A DNA stretch of 33,591 nucleotides from an uncultured Gammaproteobacteria bacterium (GCA_964549245.1 CAZJUO010000003.1:1-33591); one strand, 5' to 3'. Positions 1 through 7,264 are shown, counted from the first letter of the stretch. Made by a program: numbers and translations. Notes: generated by a model from the letters alone, not told the origin.

Positions 1-85
1 AACTCCTAATGAAGCCCTTAAGTTGGGGGTGCAAAATGTCCATGCCTAAAACACTCTCCTCCTATTATACTGCTTTGATGCCCTA

Positions 86-113
86 TTGACCCTCATATAA
101 AAAAAGGTATAAA
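86..113 (+). promoter_or_regulatory. sigma70-like promoter candidate upstream of the serine hydrolase gene
   Basis: TTGACC (86-91), 16-nt spacer, TATAAA (108-113). It ends 18 nt before the ATG at 132. Confidence 0.45.
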
Positions 114-131
114 ATTAACGCATACAATAAA

Positions 132-1103
132 ATGGCTAACAAAAAAACAAGCTCACTAGTCGCCATCCTCCTTATTTGCATCGGGGGGATTTTAGGATGG
201 GTAGTGCATGACCAATGGAGCGATTCTTATTTTGATATGTCAGCGGCGGCAGTGCGCCAAGGAGGATATACCTACATAAATCCGCTTCTTGAATGTGAAA
301 TTGACGGTAGTCTGGAAAATAAATCACTGGAGAAAATTAAAAACTCTATTAATAAAATTGTCACCAATACTGAAAAAGAAAAGCCTATCAATCACATATC
401 AGTATACTTCCGTGATTTAAACAACGGACCGTGGTTTGGTATCAATGAAAAAGAAAATTTTTCACCGGCCAGCTTACTGAAAATGCCGGTCATGCTAACC
501 TACTACAAAGCAGCGGAAACAGAAACCGACCTGCTAAGCACTGAACTGCGTTTCACCGCTCAAAGTCCCAGTAATGACACGGCATTAGCAGATGGTGCGT
601 CATATACAATCGATGAGCTCATACGATACATGATCGTTGACTCGGATAATGACTCGTTTAATTTGCTAGTAAATAATATTGATTACTCATTGATCGAACA
701 AACGCACCGCGACCTGGGGCTGACCGTGCCGACAGAAGATACGCCAGAAGATTTCATCAATGTAAAAGATTACGCCTCCTTATTCAGAGTTCTTTATAAC
801 TCCTCATACCTTAATCGAAGTATGTCAGAACGGGCTTTAGCACTCTTGAGTGAGGTGACGTTTAATGACGGCATCGCCGCCGGCGTCCCACCATCTCTCA
901 AAATAGCTAATAAATACGGCGTCACCGGTTCATTTCAAAATAACTCCCGCCAGCTCCATGACTGCGGCATCGTCTATTATCCCGACCATCCTTATCTTCT
1001 TTGCATCATGACCCGCGGCGATAATACGCAGGAATTACGAAATGTCATTTCAGAAATCTCAAGTACTGTATACAAAAATATTTCAGAAAGTTATACTGAA
1101 TAA
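132..1103 (+). CDS. membrane-anchored class A beta-lactamase-fold serine hydrolase (penicillin-binding / DD-peptidase-like)
   Basis: 323-aa ORF with an N-terminal TM helix (LVAILLICIGGILGWVV). The active-site motifs occur in order: SxxK (PASLLKMPV), SDN (VDSDNDS) and a KTG-like KYG (ANKYGVTG). Confidence 0.7.
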   Translation: MANKKTSSLVAILLICIGGILGWVVHDQWSDSYFDMSAAAVRQGGYTYINPLLECEIDGSLENKSLEKIKNSINKIVTNTEKEKPINHISVYFRDLNNGPWFGINEKENFSPASLLKMPVMLTYYKAAETETDLLSTELRFTAQSPSNDTALADGASYTIDELIRYMIVDSDNDSFNLLVNNIDYSLIEQTHRDLGLTVPTEDTPEDFINVKDYASLFRVLYNSSYLNRSMSERALALLSEVTFNDGIAAGVPPSLKIANKYGVTGSFQNNSRQLHDCGIVYYPDHPYLLCIMTRGDNTQELRNVISEISSTVYKNISESYTE

Positions 1104-1104
1104 T

Positions 1105-1581
1105 ATGCAGCATTCACTACAAGTCGGCTTTAGCTTCGGTCTAACTTCCGCCATCATAACAACCTTGGGTTTAATGGTCGGTCTGGAAGCTGGAACTAGT
1201 TCGCGTTTAGCCGTTATCGGCGGGGTAATTACTATTGCCATCGCTGATGCCTTTTCCGACGCCTTGGGCATCCATATTTCTGAAGAGTCTGAAAACGTAC
1301 ACACTACTAAAGAGGTCTGGACTTCCACTATCTCGACTTTTGGCTTCAAGGCTGTCTTCGCTCTGTTATTTATCATCCCCATCGTTATTTTTGAACTCAA
1401 TATGGCCATAATTGTTTGCGTAATTATTGGCCTGCTGATGCTGTGCGTTCTAAGCTATGTGCTAGCCAGGCAACAAAAAGAACCGCCCTGGAAAATCGTT
1501 GGTGAGCATTTATTGATTGCGGTGGTAGTTATCGTGATTACCCACTACTTGGGCATCTGGATAAAAAATACATTTAGTTAG
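1105..1581 (+). CDS. divergent VIT1/CCC1-like small integral membrane protein
   Basis: The ATG at 1105 lies one nt after the upstream stop (1101-1103). The 1042 start in the ORF track overlaps the upstream gene. The product is 158 aa with about 5 hydrophobic helices. GLTSAIITTLGLMVGLEAG...IAIADAFSDALGIHISEESE resembles the TM1-TM2 pattern of VIT-family proteins. Confidence 0.5.
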   Translation: MQHSLQVGFSFGLTSAIITTLGLMVGLEAGTSSRLAVIGGVITIAIADAFSDALGIHISEESENVHTTKEVWTSTISTFGFKAVFALLFIIPIVIFELNMAIIVCVIIGLLMLCVLSYVLARQQKEPPWKIVGEHLLIAVVVIVITHYLGIWIKNTFS

Positions 1582-1632
1582 CCGCTTCCCTGGCAGTTTA
1601 GTATTAAACCATAAGTTAATACAATATTAGAA

Positions 1633-1664
1633 ATAAAAAACGCCACTTATAAAAAAATAAGTGG
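1633..1664. terminator. intrinsic terminator between convergent genes (best on the minus strand)
   Basis: 8-bp stem ccacttat (1643-1650) / ataagtgg (1657-1664) with an A6 loop. On the minus strand it is followed by cgTTTTTTaTTT. On the plus strand it is followed by ggaacattttt. Confidence 0.6.
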
Positions 1665-1673
1665 GGAACATTT

Positions 1674-2825
1674 TTACTTAGGAAAATAAAATGAACATGG
1701 CCAAAAATGCACCTTAAGGGCATACCGGCCAATATGCTGAAAAAATGGTTCAACTAGTTCGTCATATGAAGTATCAATAAAACATTGCCATCCGCCGGAT
1801 TGAGCGTATTTCCGCATAGCAGCCATTTGAAACGCCAACGTAGCAAAACCGCAAAATACCCCGGTGGCCAATGATAAGCTTAAAAGCAATAGCTTATCCG
1901 ATGCGGGCAATACCCCTAACAACGAATATGCCAAAGCGCTTACCGCCGTCATTGCCAGACAGACGAATAAACCCAGCCAATAATCGCCTTTTTTCAAACT
2001 TTTCGCATCACGTAGCATGAGCTTGGCTGCTGATACTGGCACAACGACTGCCAGACATACTGCCAAAGCATACGTTAGACCATAAAGTCCATAGACAATC
2101 ATATCAAACCAAGCTAATAGCCAACTCCATAAAAAGGTAACTAACGCCCATACCGTAAAGAGAAATAGTCCTCTTTCGCGGCATATTTTGAATGCTTGCT
2201 TTTGGTTATGAACAATCCACGTTCTACTCATTGAGGCAAATAATACAGAGACGCTCGCCAATATTACCCCCAAACCAGCTATGGAAAAATAAAAAGCATT
2301 GACATCAGCACCAAGTTTACTGGCTATCTCTATCACCGCAACCGCAGCTCCGATCATCGACGGATACACTATCGATGATATAATAATATGAACCTGGTCT
2401 TCGATAGGCTTCCTTTTCAAATATGCCAAACTTCTGAATATAAAGCTCCAGAAAATAATAAGAGCTATGCCCAGCCCGATATTTTTCAAAACCGAAACAA
2501 CCGTACCGTCATAAGCGAACGTTACCGTTTGCCAAAGACTCTGGCCTATGGATGTCCAGTGAATAAAACAAAACAACCCGGCCAGTACGGTTAATGCGCT
2601 TATACAATATCGGGGCCTGCTGAACAATACGGAAAAGGGTGCATGCAGCCAGAAAAAAATTTGCCTGATCAGACAAGCTATAGACAGATACAAAAAGCCG
2701 ACAGTAAAACCAATAACGCAAGCGATTAGTAACCACCAGAAATCAAAGCTATTGAAAACAAAAATGCCCGCTCCTCCGCCGAGCAAACCACCCACAAAGC
2801 ACTGCCACTTTCTCTTTGGTAGCAT
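1674..2825 (-). CDS. orphan polytopic membrane protein (about 10 hydrophobic segments), no family recognised
   Basis: 383-aa ORF. A strong SD (aaggagg) lies 5 nt before the ATG at 2825. It has its own promoter (2873-2901) and its own terminator (1643-1664). Confidence 0.65.
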   Translation of the reverse strand: MLPKRKWQCFVGGLLGGGAGIFVFNSFDFWWLLIACVIGFTVGFLYLSIACLIRQIFFWLHAPFSVLFSRPRYCISALTVLAGLFCFIHWTSIGQSLWQTVTFAYDGTVVSVLKNIGLGIALIIFWSFIFRSLAYLKRKPIEDQVHIIISSIVYPSMIGAAVAVIEIASKLGADVNAFYFSIAGLGVILASVSVLFASMSRTWIVHNQKQAFKICRERGLFLFTVWALVTFLWSWLLAWFDMIVYGLYGLTYALAVCLAVVVPVSAAKLMLRDAKSLKKGDYWLGLFVCLAMTAVSALAYSLLGVLPASDKLLLLSLSLATGVFCGFATLAFQMAAMRKYAQSGGWQCFIDTSYDELVEPFFQHIGRYALKVHFWPCSFYFPK

Positions 2826-2872
2826 GGCTACCTCCTTGTTTTTAAGTTATTAACGTTCAATTATTTTAACTA

Positions 2873-2901
2873 AAATTACAACGTACGTCATTTTTTGTCA
2901 A
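2873..2901 (-). promoter_or_regulatory. sigma70-like promoter for the 383-aa membrane protein gene
   Basis: Minus strand: TTGACA (2901-2896), 17-nt spacer, TAATTT (2878-2873). Confidence 0.55.
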
Positions 2902-2903
2902 TT

Positions 2904-2933
2904 AAAAAACCGCTGTACCAACCGATACAGCGG
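2904..2933 (-). terminator. intrinsic terminator of the 171-aa gene
   Basis: Minus strand: ccgctgta / tacagcgg 8-bp stem (2933-2910) followed by TTTTTT (2909-2904). The T-tract runs directly into the next -35 box. Confidence 0.7.
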
Positions 2934-2943
2934 AATAACTATC

Positions 2944-3459
2944 TTAGCCTTGGCGTATTATGCAAAGCTTATCAAGGGCATACGGCGAAATTGCCTCCCA
3001 TACTTCTTTCATTCCAGCTCGGCTACCGGCTCCTTTTATTGCTCTTTTAACGTCTTTTCGGTCTAAAATATCCTTTGGTATACCGTAAATATCATACAAA
3101 TCACCAATGAGCATTGGAAGCTTTACTCTGCTCTCTTTATTGAGCAGATTACGAAAAAGGTAAACCGAACCGCACTCCTGGCAAGCAACTAGCATGATAC
3201 GCAACTTTTTTAAAAAACTTACCGGAAAACTAAACATCACCTGGTCACAGCAGGACAACAGCGGATGGCACCGATGAAATTTAAACATGTCCGGCTTCCC
3301 CGTAAGTACCAAGTTTACCTGACGGCCATTAATGAACCGGATAAGCACCCTGCATGACCCGATAGTTCTACCACTCGGATCTTTTACTTCAACATAAATT
3401 GGCTCGTTGGGTTTCCTGGTAAGACACAGATTTCCATCATTTGAACTTTGTTTCTTCAT
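2944..3459 (-). CDS. hypothetical protein with a CsrA-like N-terminal domain and a Cys-rich C-terminal extension
   Basis: 171-aa ORF with a strong SD (ggaaggagggg) before the ATG at 3459. N-terminal LCLTRKPNEPIYV...VLIRFINGRQVNLVLTGKPDMFKFHR matches the CsrA pattern (LxLxRKxNExI ... GxQVxL...P.....HR). The C-terminal ~100 aa carry HRCH, CC and CQEC. Confidence 0.6.
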   Translation of the reverse strand: MKKQSSNDGNLCLTRKPNEPIYVEVKDPSGRTIGSCRVLIRFINGRQVNLVLTGKPDMFKFHRCHPLLSCCDQVMFSFPVSFLKKLRIMLVACQECGSVYLFRNLLNKESRVKLPMLIGDLYDIYGIPKDILDRKDVKRAIKGAGSRAGMKEVWEAISPYALDKLCIIRQG

Positions 3460-3530
3460 TTGCCCCTCCTTCCTTGGCTAGTAATTTTCACTAAATTATT
3501 CCTATAGCATAAAAAGAGCAATATCTTCAT

Positions 3531-3559
3531 ATATAAACATACGATATGCTTTCTGTCAA
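3531..3559 (-). promoter_or_regulatory. sigma70-like promoter for the CsrA-like gene
   Basis: Minus strand: TTGACA (3559-3554), 17-nt spacer, TTATAT (3536-3531). Confidence 0.55.
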
Positions 3560-3585
3560 GGCTTTATTAACAGGCTTTATTAACA
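3560..3585. repeat. perfect 13-bp tandem direct repeat (x2) abutting the -35 box
   Basis: ggctttattaaca (3560-3572) is repeated exactly at 3573-3585. On the minus strand it reads TGTTAATAAAGCC TGTTAATAAAGCC TTGACA. Confidence 0.8.
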
Positions 3586-3626
3586 AATACTAGCAGCAAA
3601 AAAACTCCACCTCCACTGAGGAATAA

Positions 3627-3679
3627 ATGCCCCTTTCTTGTCATACTGAACTTGTTTCAGTATCTAAGAAAGGGGCATG
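3627..3679 (-). terminator. long two-tier hairpin downstream of elp3 (possible terminator or 3' UTR structure)
   Basis: Perfect 13-bp outer stem atgcccctttctt (3627-3639) / aagaaaggggcat (3667-3679). Perfect 8-bp inner stem atactgaa (3643-3650) / ttcagtat (3656-3663). On the minus strand it is followed by tTTATTcc, and by a T7 run 25 nt further on (3601-3595). Confidence 0.4.
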
Positions 3680-3753
3680 TAAACTCTGAATAGACCCTGG
3701 CGTTCGTCAGGATTTCGATTCAGGGCGACAAATGCGGGTATGGTAGCACAATA

Positions 3754-5307
3754 CTACAACCTCTTCATCATATAGGTACTATCTAACCAATACCCCAGCT
3801 TACGATAATACTCCCTCACTCCTACGCCAGAGATAACAGCCATCTTTTTATAGCCTTGTTTTTCAGCTAAGCTTTCCGCCTGCTTCATCAGCCGTTTGCC
3901 GAGGCCTATATGCTGAACTGCTTTCCCTTTTTTACCAACTGGAATCAGCTCCCCATAGGTATGCAATTCCCGTATTAAAGCTGTTTCACTATCAAACGGC
4001 ACCGAGGCTGCTAATTTCCTAGTCTTATTTGGTAAGCGCAGGCGCACAAAAGCAAAAAGTTTTTTCTTGTCCTTACTTTCAAAGCTAATAAAATATTCAG
4101 TGCCCTGCCCAGCCTTATACCGGCGTTTAACTAAAACAATTTCCTTCAGTTTAACTTGCGCTTGTCTGGCCTCACGGCAGCGGATACAGCGGCACGCCAC
4201 CCCCTCGTTGTGCAGCACCTGGCGTAAATTAGTAACTATATTGCCGGCCACAATCTCCGGCCCCGGAATATCACGGATCAATCGATTAATACGCACGTAT
4301 GGGGGCACTGCCTGCTTTATTTTTTTAATTACAGTAACCAAAACCTTATCAGAATATGACTTGTATTTCCCTTGCTTATACCATTGATACAAAAGAGAAT
4401 TTTTTATCACTACACAGGGATAAATTTTGAGCATATCCGGCTGCCACCTTGGATCTGAAAACACTTTTTTAAATACCTGTACATCCTTAGCGGGCGTAGA
4501 GCCAGGTAGGCCAGGCATTAAGTGGTAGGTAATTTTAATACCAAAATCACGCAGCAATGCCGTGGCACGGGCCATATTGTCTAACGTATCGTCCCGCTTA
4601 ACTAAATCCAAAACGTCTTGATGAATTGACTGGATGCCAATTTGCACATGTGTACAGCCTAAAGCGCGCATATGAAGTAATTCCTCTGCAGTTACATAAT
4701 CAGGTCGCGTTTCTAAAGACAGGCCGATAATTCTATGTTTAGCTTTTTCATTGAGACGCTGGGCTTGAATCAGCGTTTTGGATTTTCTTCCATTGGCCCC
4801 TTCAAAACAGCGCTTGATAAACCATTCCCGGTAGCGCTTTTTATAAAACGACCACGTCCCTCCCAAAACTATCAGTTCGATTTTATCGGCATTATGGCCG
4901 TTGTCTTCTAAGACCTTGATGCGCCGGGCGACCTGCTGGTAGGGATCAAACCGCAGACGGAAAGCCCGCTGGGCGGCCGGTTCGGAAACAATATAGCTTT
5001 TGGGCATGCCTTTGGGTGCCGGGCAGTAAACACAGCGGCCAGGGCAGGGATACGGCTTGGTCAGCACCGTAACTGGAGCAATACCGGACATGGTCCGTAT
5101 CTCACGTTTTCGCAATAACCGCAATAGGCTCTGATCAAGCCGGCCCTTGAACATTTGCCGGTATTTTTTTAATATTGCAGAATTGGCTATAATAGTAGTA
5201 TGGTGCTTTTTTGCCAACCTCCGCTTATACTCCAAAAGCTCAGTACCAGTTTGGGGACGAAGCACTACTAAATCATTAATATACTTATTAGTAATATTGA
5301 TATCCAT
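3754..5307 (-). CDS. elp3: Elp3-type radical SAM / GNAT acetyltransferase (tRNA U34 cm5-modification enzyme family)
   Basis: 517 aa from the ATG at 5307. Radical-SAM cysteine triad CPGRCVYCP. The C-terminal GNAT segment QHIGLGKRLMKQAESLAEKQGYKKMAVISGVGVREYYRKLGY is typical of Elp3. The 5364 start in the ORF track is a GTG extension encoding a hydrophobic non-conserved peptide. Confidence 0.88.
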   Translation of the reverse strand: MDINITNKYINDLVVLRPQTGTELLEYKRRLAKKHHTTIIANSAILKKYRQMFKGRLDQSLLRLLRKREIRTMSGIAPVTVLTKPYPCPGRCVYCPAPKGMPKSYIVSEPAAQRAFRLRFDPYQQVARRIKVLEDNGHNADKIELIVLGGTWSFYKKRYREWFIKRCFEGANGRKSKTLIQAQRLNEKAKHRIIGLSLETRPDYVTAEELLHMRALGCTHVQIGIQSIHQDVLDLVKRDDTLDNMARATALLRDFGIKITYHLMPGLPGSTPAKDVQVFKKVFSDPRWQPDMLKIYPCVVIKNSLLYQWYKQGKYKSYSDKVLVTVIKKIKQAVPPYVRINRLIRDIPGPEIVAGNIVTNLRQVLHNEGVACRCIRCREARQAQVKLKEIVLVKRRYKAGQGTEYFISFESKDKKKLFAFVRLRLPNKTRKLAASVPFDSETALIRELHTYGELIPVGKKGKAVQHIGLGKRLMKQAESLAEKQGYKKMAVISGVGVREYYRKLGYWLDSTYMMKRL

Positions 5308-6030
5308 ATGCGTGAGACGATTGCCAGGGCAATAGTAGCAAAAACTAAAAAAGATTATAACCACATCGTATCAAAATTTTCCGCTACCCGCCAGTATCCC
5401 TGGACCGAACTGGAACCGCTCAAACGCTATGTAGCCAGCGGTGATCATATACTCGATGTGGGTTGTGGTAATGGCAGGCTTTTAAAAATTGCTTTCAAGC
5501 GGAATGTTTCCTATACCGGCTTTGACATTAGCGATAAGCTGATCAACCAGGCTAAAATCAATTTTCCCCACCACACTTTCGTTGAAGGAGACCTCACCCG
5601 AAAGTTGCCCTTTTCTGATAATGCCTTTGATGTCATCTTTTGCGTCGCTACCATGCACCATATTCCCAGCGCCTCCTTGCGCCACCAATCATTGCAGGAA
5701 ATGTATCGCGTACTCAAGCCGAAAGGCTGCCTCATATTCTCAAACTGGAACTTGTGGCAACAGCGTTGGTGGCCGCTCCACCTGCGATTTTACGCGAAAA
5801 AACTAATCGGCCGCAATAAGCTCGACTTGCACGATGTCTTCAAGCCCTGGAAAGATGAGCAAGGGCGCTTGGTCACGGAGCGGTACCTTCACGCCTTTTC
5901 AAAAAAAGAATTGGCCAGTCTTTTTAGAAAAAACGGCTTTTCAGTAGCCCAGCAGTATTACACCAAAAAAGGCTCCCGTACCAATTGGCTGCAAGGGTAC
6001 AACCTAATTTCTATTGCCCATAAACCTTGA
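5308..6030 (+). CDS. class I SAM-dependent methyltransferase, Trm9/ALKBH8-methyltransferase-like
   Basis: 240 aa with motif I LDVGCGNGRLL. The N-terminal DYNHIVSKFSATRQYPW, together with FDVIFCVATMHH, DVFKPW and RYLHAFSKKEL, matches signatures I recognise from the Trm9 family. Confidence 0.75.
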   Translation: MRETIARAIVAKTKKDYNHIVSKFSATRQYPWTELEPLKRYVASGDHILDVGCGNGRLLKIAFKRNVSYTGFDISDKLINQAKINFPHHTFVEGDLTRKLPFSDNAFDVIFCVATMHHIPSASLRHQSLQEMYRVLKPKGCLIFSNWNLWQQRWWPLHLRFYAKKLIGRNKLDLHDVFKPWKDEQGRLVTERYLHAFSKKELASLFRKNGFSVAQQYYTKKGSRTNWLQGYNLISIAHKP

Positions 6031-6055
6031 TTGGCAAGGATTTTTGGGTTATAGT
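6027..6055 (+). promoter_or_regulatory. sigma70-like promoter for the beta-helix protein / PMM / HAD / murI transcription unit
   Basis: TTGATT (6027-6032, overlapping the methyltransferase stop codon), 17-nt spacer, TATAGT (6050-6055). The ATG at 6083 is 28 nt downstream. Confidence 0.5.
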
Positions 6056-6082
6056 ATACACATAAATAATAAATGTATTACT

Positions 6083-7264
6083 ATGCGCAAGCTGTTTTTT
6101 TTAATCTCGATAGTGGCCCTAGCCAGCTTCGGCTTGCTGGCAATGACGCCAGTAGCCGCAGCTACTGATGAACCCTATCCTCAAACCGTTACGGTCAACA
6201 ATGCTGAAATAATCGAAGATAACTTTTTTAGAATCGGCAACACCGTCACTATTGATGGAGACGTAAACGGTGACGTGCTCGTGGCTGGAAGTACGATAAC
6301 GGTAAATGGAGCAGTAGCCGGAGACGTTATCGCCCTTGGCGACACCGTTTCTATCAATGGTCCGGTGGCTGGTAATGTCCGCGTCGGCGGTACATACGTT
6401 CAAATTAACAATGCCGTCAGCAAAAATGTTAATATTGCCGCCACCACGGCTACCATCTCTAGCAACGCTTCCGTTGGTTGGACGCTTTCTTTTCTTACCA
6501 AAGATATTACGGTTAGCGGATCGGTAAACGGCTCTATATATGGTTTTACAAAAACAGCCTATATCAACGCGGAAGTGGGCAACAATACCACCGTTCGGCT
6601 TTTAGAGGACGGAACTATTTCACTTGGCCCAAAAGCCGCTATTAACGGTTTTTTTGAATATACCAGCGGCCAGGAGGCGAGCATGGACTCCGCTGCTGTT
6701 ATCACTGGCACTACCCTGCATAAACTGCCTCCGTCGGAGGTCACTTCTTACAAACAGTTTTTAAAAAGTTCTTGGATATTTAGTAAATTGATTAACCTTT
6801 TTAGTTTATTGCTCGTCGGTGTAATACTGATCAGCATTTGGAAAAAATTCTCACAAAATACTATTGGACAGATGCAACAAAATATCGGCAGCACTATGCT
6901 CTGGGGTTTACTATACTTGCTGATTATTCCGATCGCCGTCATTATTATCTGCCTGACCATTATTGGCATCCCGCTCGGCTTGATAGTGCTGGTCGCCTAC
7001 CTTATAACTATTTACTGCAGTCCTATCTTTGTTGGACTGATGCTGGGCCAAAAAATGATCAGCGGTTTTACAAAAAAGAACCTGCCCATAATTTGGTCCA
7101 TGATGTTAGGTACAACGCTTTACCTGCTGCTTGCAGCCATCCCCTGGGTTGGGTTTATTATTGGCTTGGTCGGTACTGCATGGGCTATTGGTTCCCTCGG
7201 TGAACTTATTAAAAATTATTTAAGCAATAAAAACAATGCCAAACCTCAACAAAAAAATATTTAA
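6083..7264 (+). CDS. exported beta-helix repeat protein (bactofilin-like winding repeats) with a C-terminal multi-TM anchor
   Basis: The start at ATG 6083 gives a signal peptide, MRKLFFLISIVALASFGLLAMTPVAAA. There are about five 17-aa repeats of type GxTVxIxGxVxGDVxxx (GNTVTIDGDVNGDVLVA GSTITVNGAVAGDVIAL GDTVSINGPVAGNVRVG ...). About 4-5 TM helices follow in the last 170 aa. Confidence 0.7.
   Translation: MRKLFFLISIVALASFGLLAMTPVAAATDEPYPQTVTVNNAEIIEDNFFRIGNTVTIDGDVNGDVLVAGSTITVNGAVAGDVIALGDTVSINGPVAGNVRVGGTYVQINNAVSKNVNIAATTATISSNASVGWTLSFLTKDITVSGSVNGSIYGFTKTAYINAEVGNNTTVRLLEDGTISLGPKAAINGFFEYTSGQEASMDSAAVITGTTLHKLPPSEVTSYKQFLKSSWIFSKLINLFSLLLVGVILISIWKKFSQNTIGQMQQNIGSTMLWGLLYLLIIPIAVIIICLTIIGIPLGLIVLVAYLITIYCSPIFVGLMLGQKMISGFTKKNLPIIWSMMLGTTLYLLLAAIPWVGFIIGLVGTAWAIGSLGELIKNYLSNKNNAKPQQKNI

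Noticed and set aside
5308-5364. The N-terminal extension of elp3 to the ORF-track start at 5364 (MVIIFFSFCYYCPGNRLTH).
   Set aside because: That start is a GTG overlapping a TATAAT box. The extra 19 residues are hydrophobic and unrelated to Elp3, and they would overlap the divergent methyltransferase gene. The ATG at 5307 is preferred.
6014-6082. The upstream extension of the beta-helix protein ORF to 6014. The analogous extensions are 1042-1104 for the VIT-like gene and 16612-16623 (TTG) for the giant gene.
   Set aside because: The extensions overlap the preceding gene or a promoter and precede an obvious signal peptide or first conserved residue. The internal ATGs at 6083, 1105 and 16611 give canonical N-termini.
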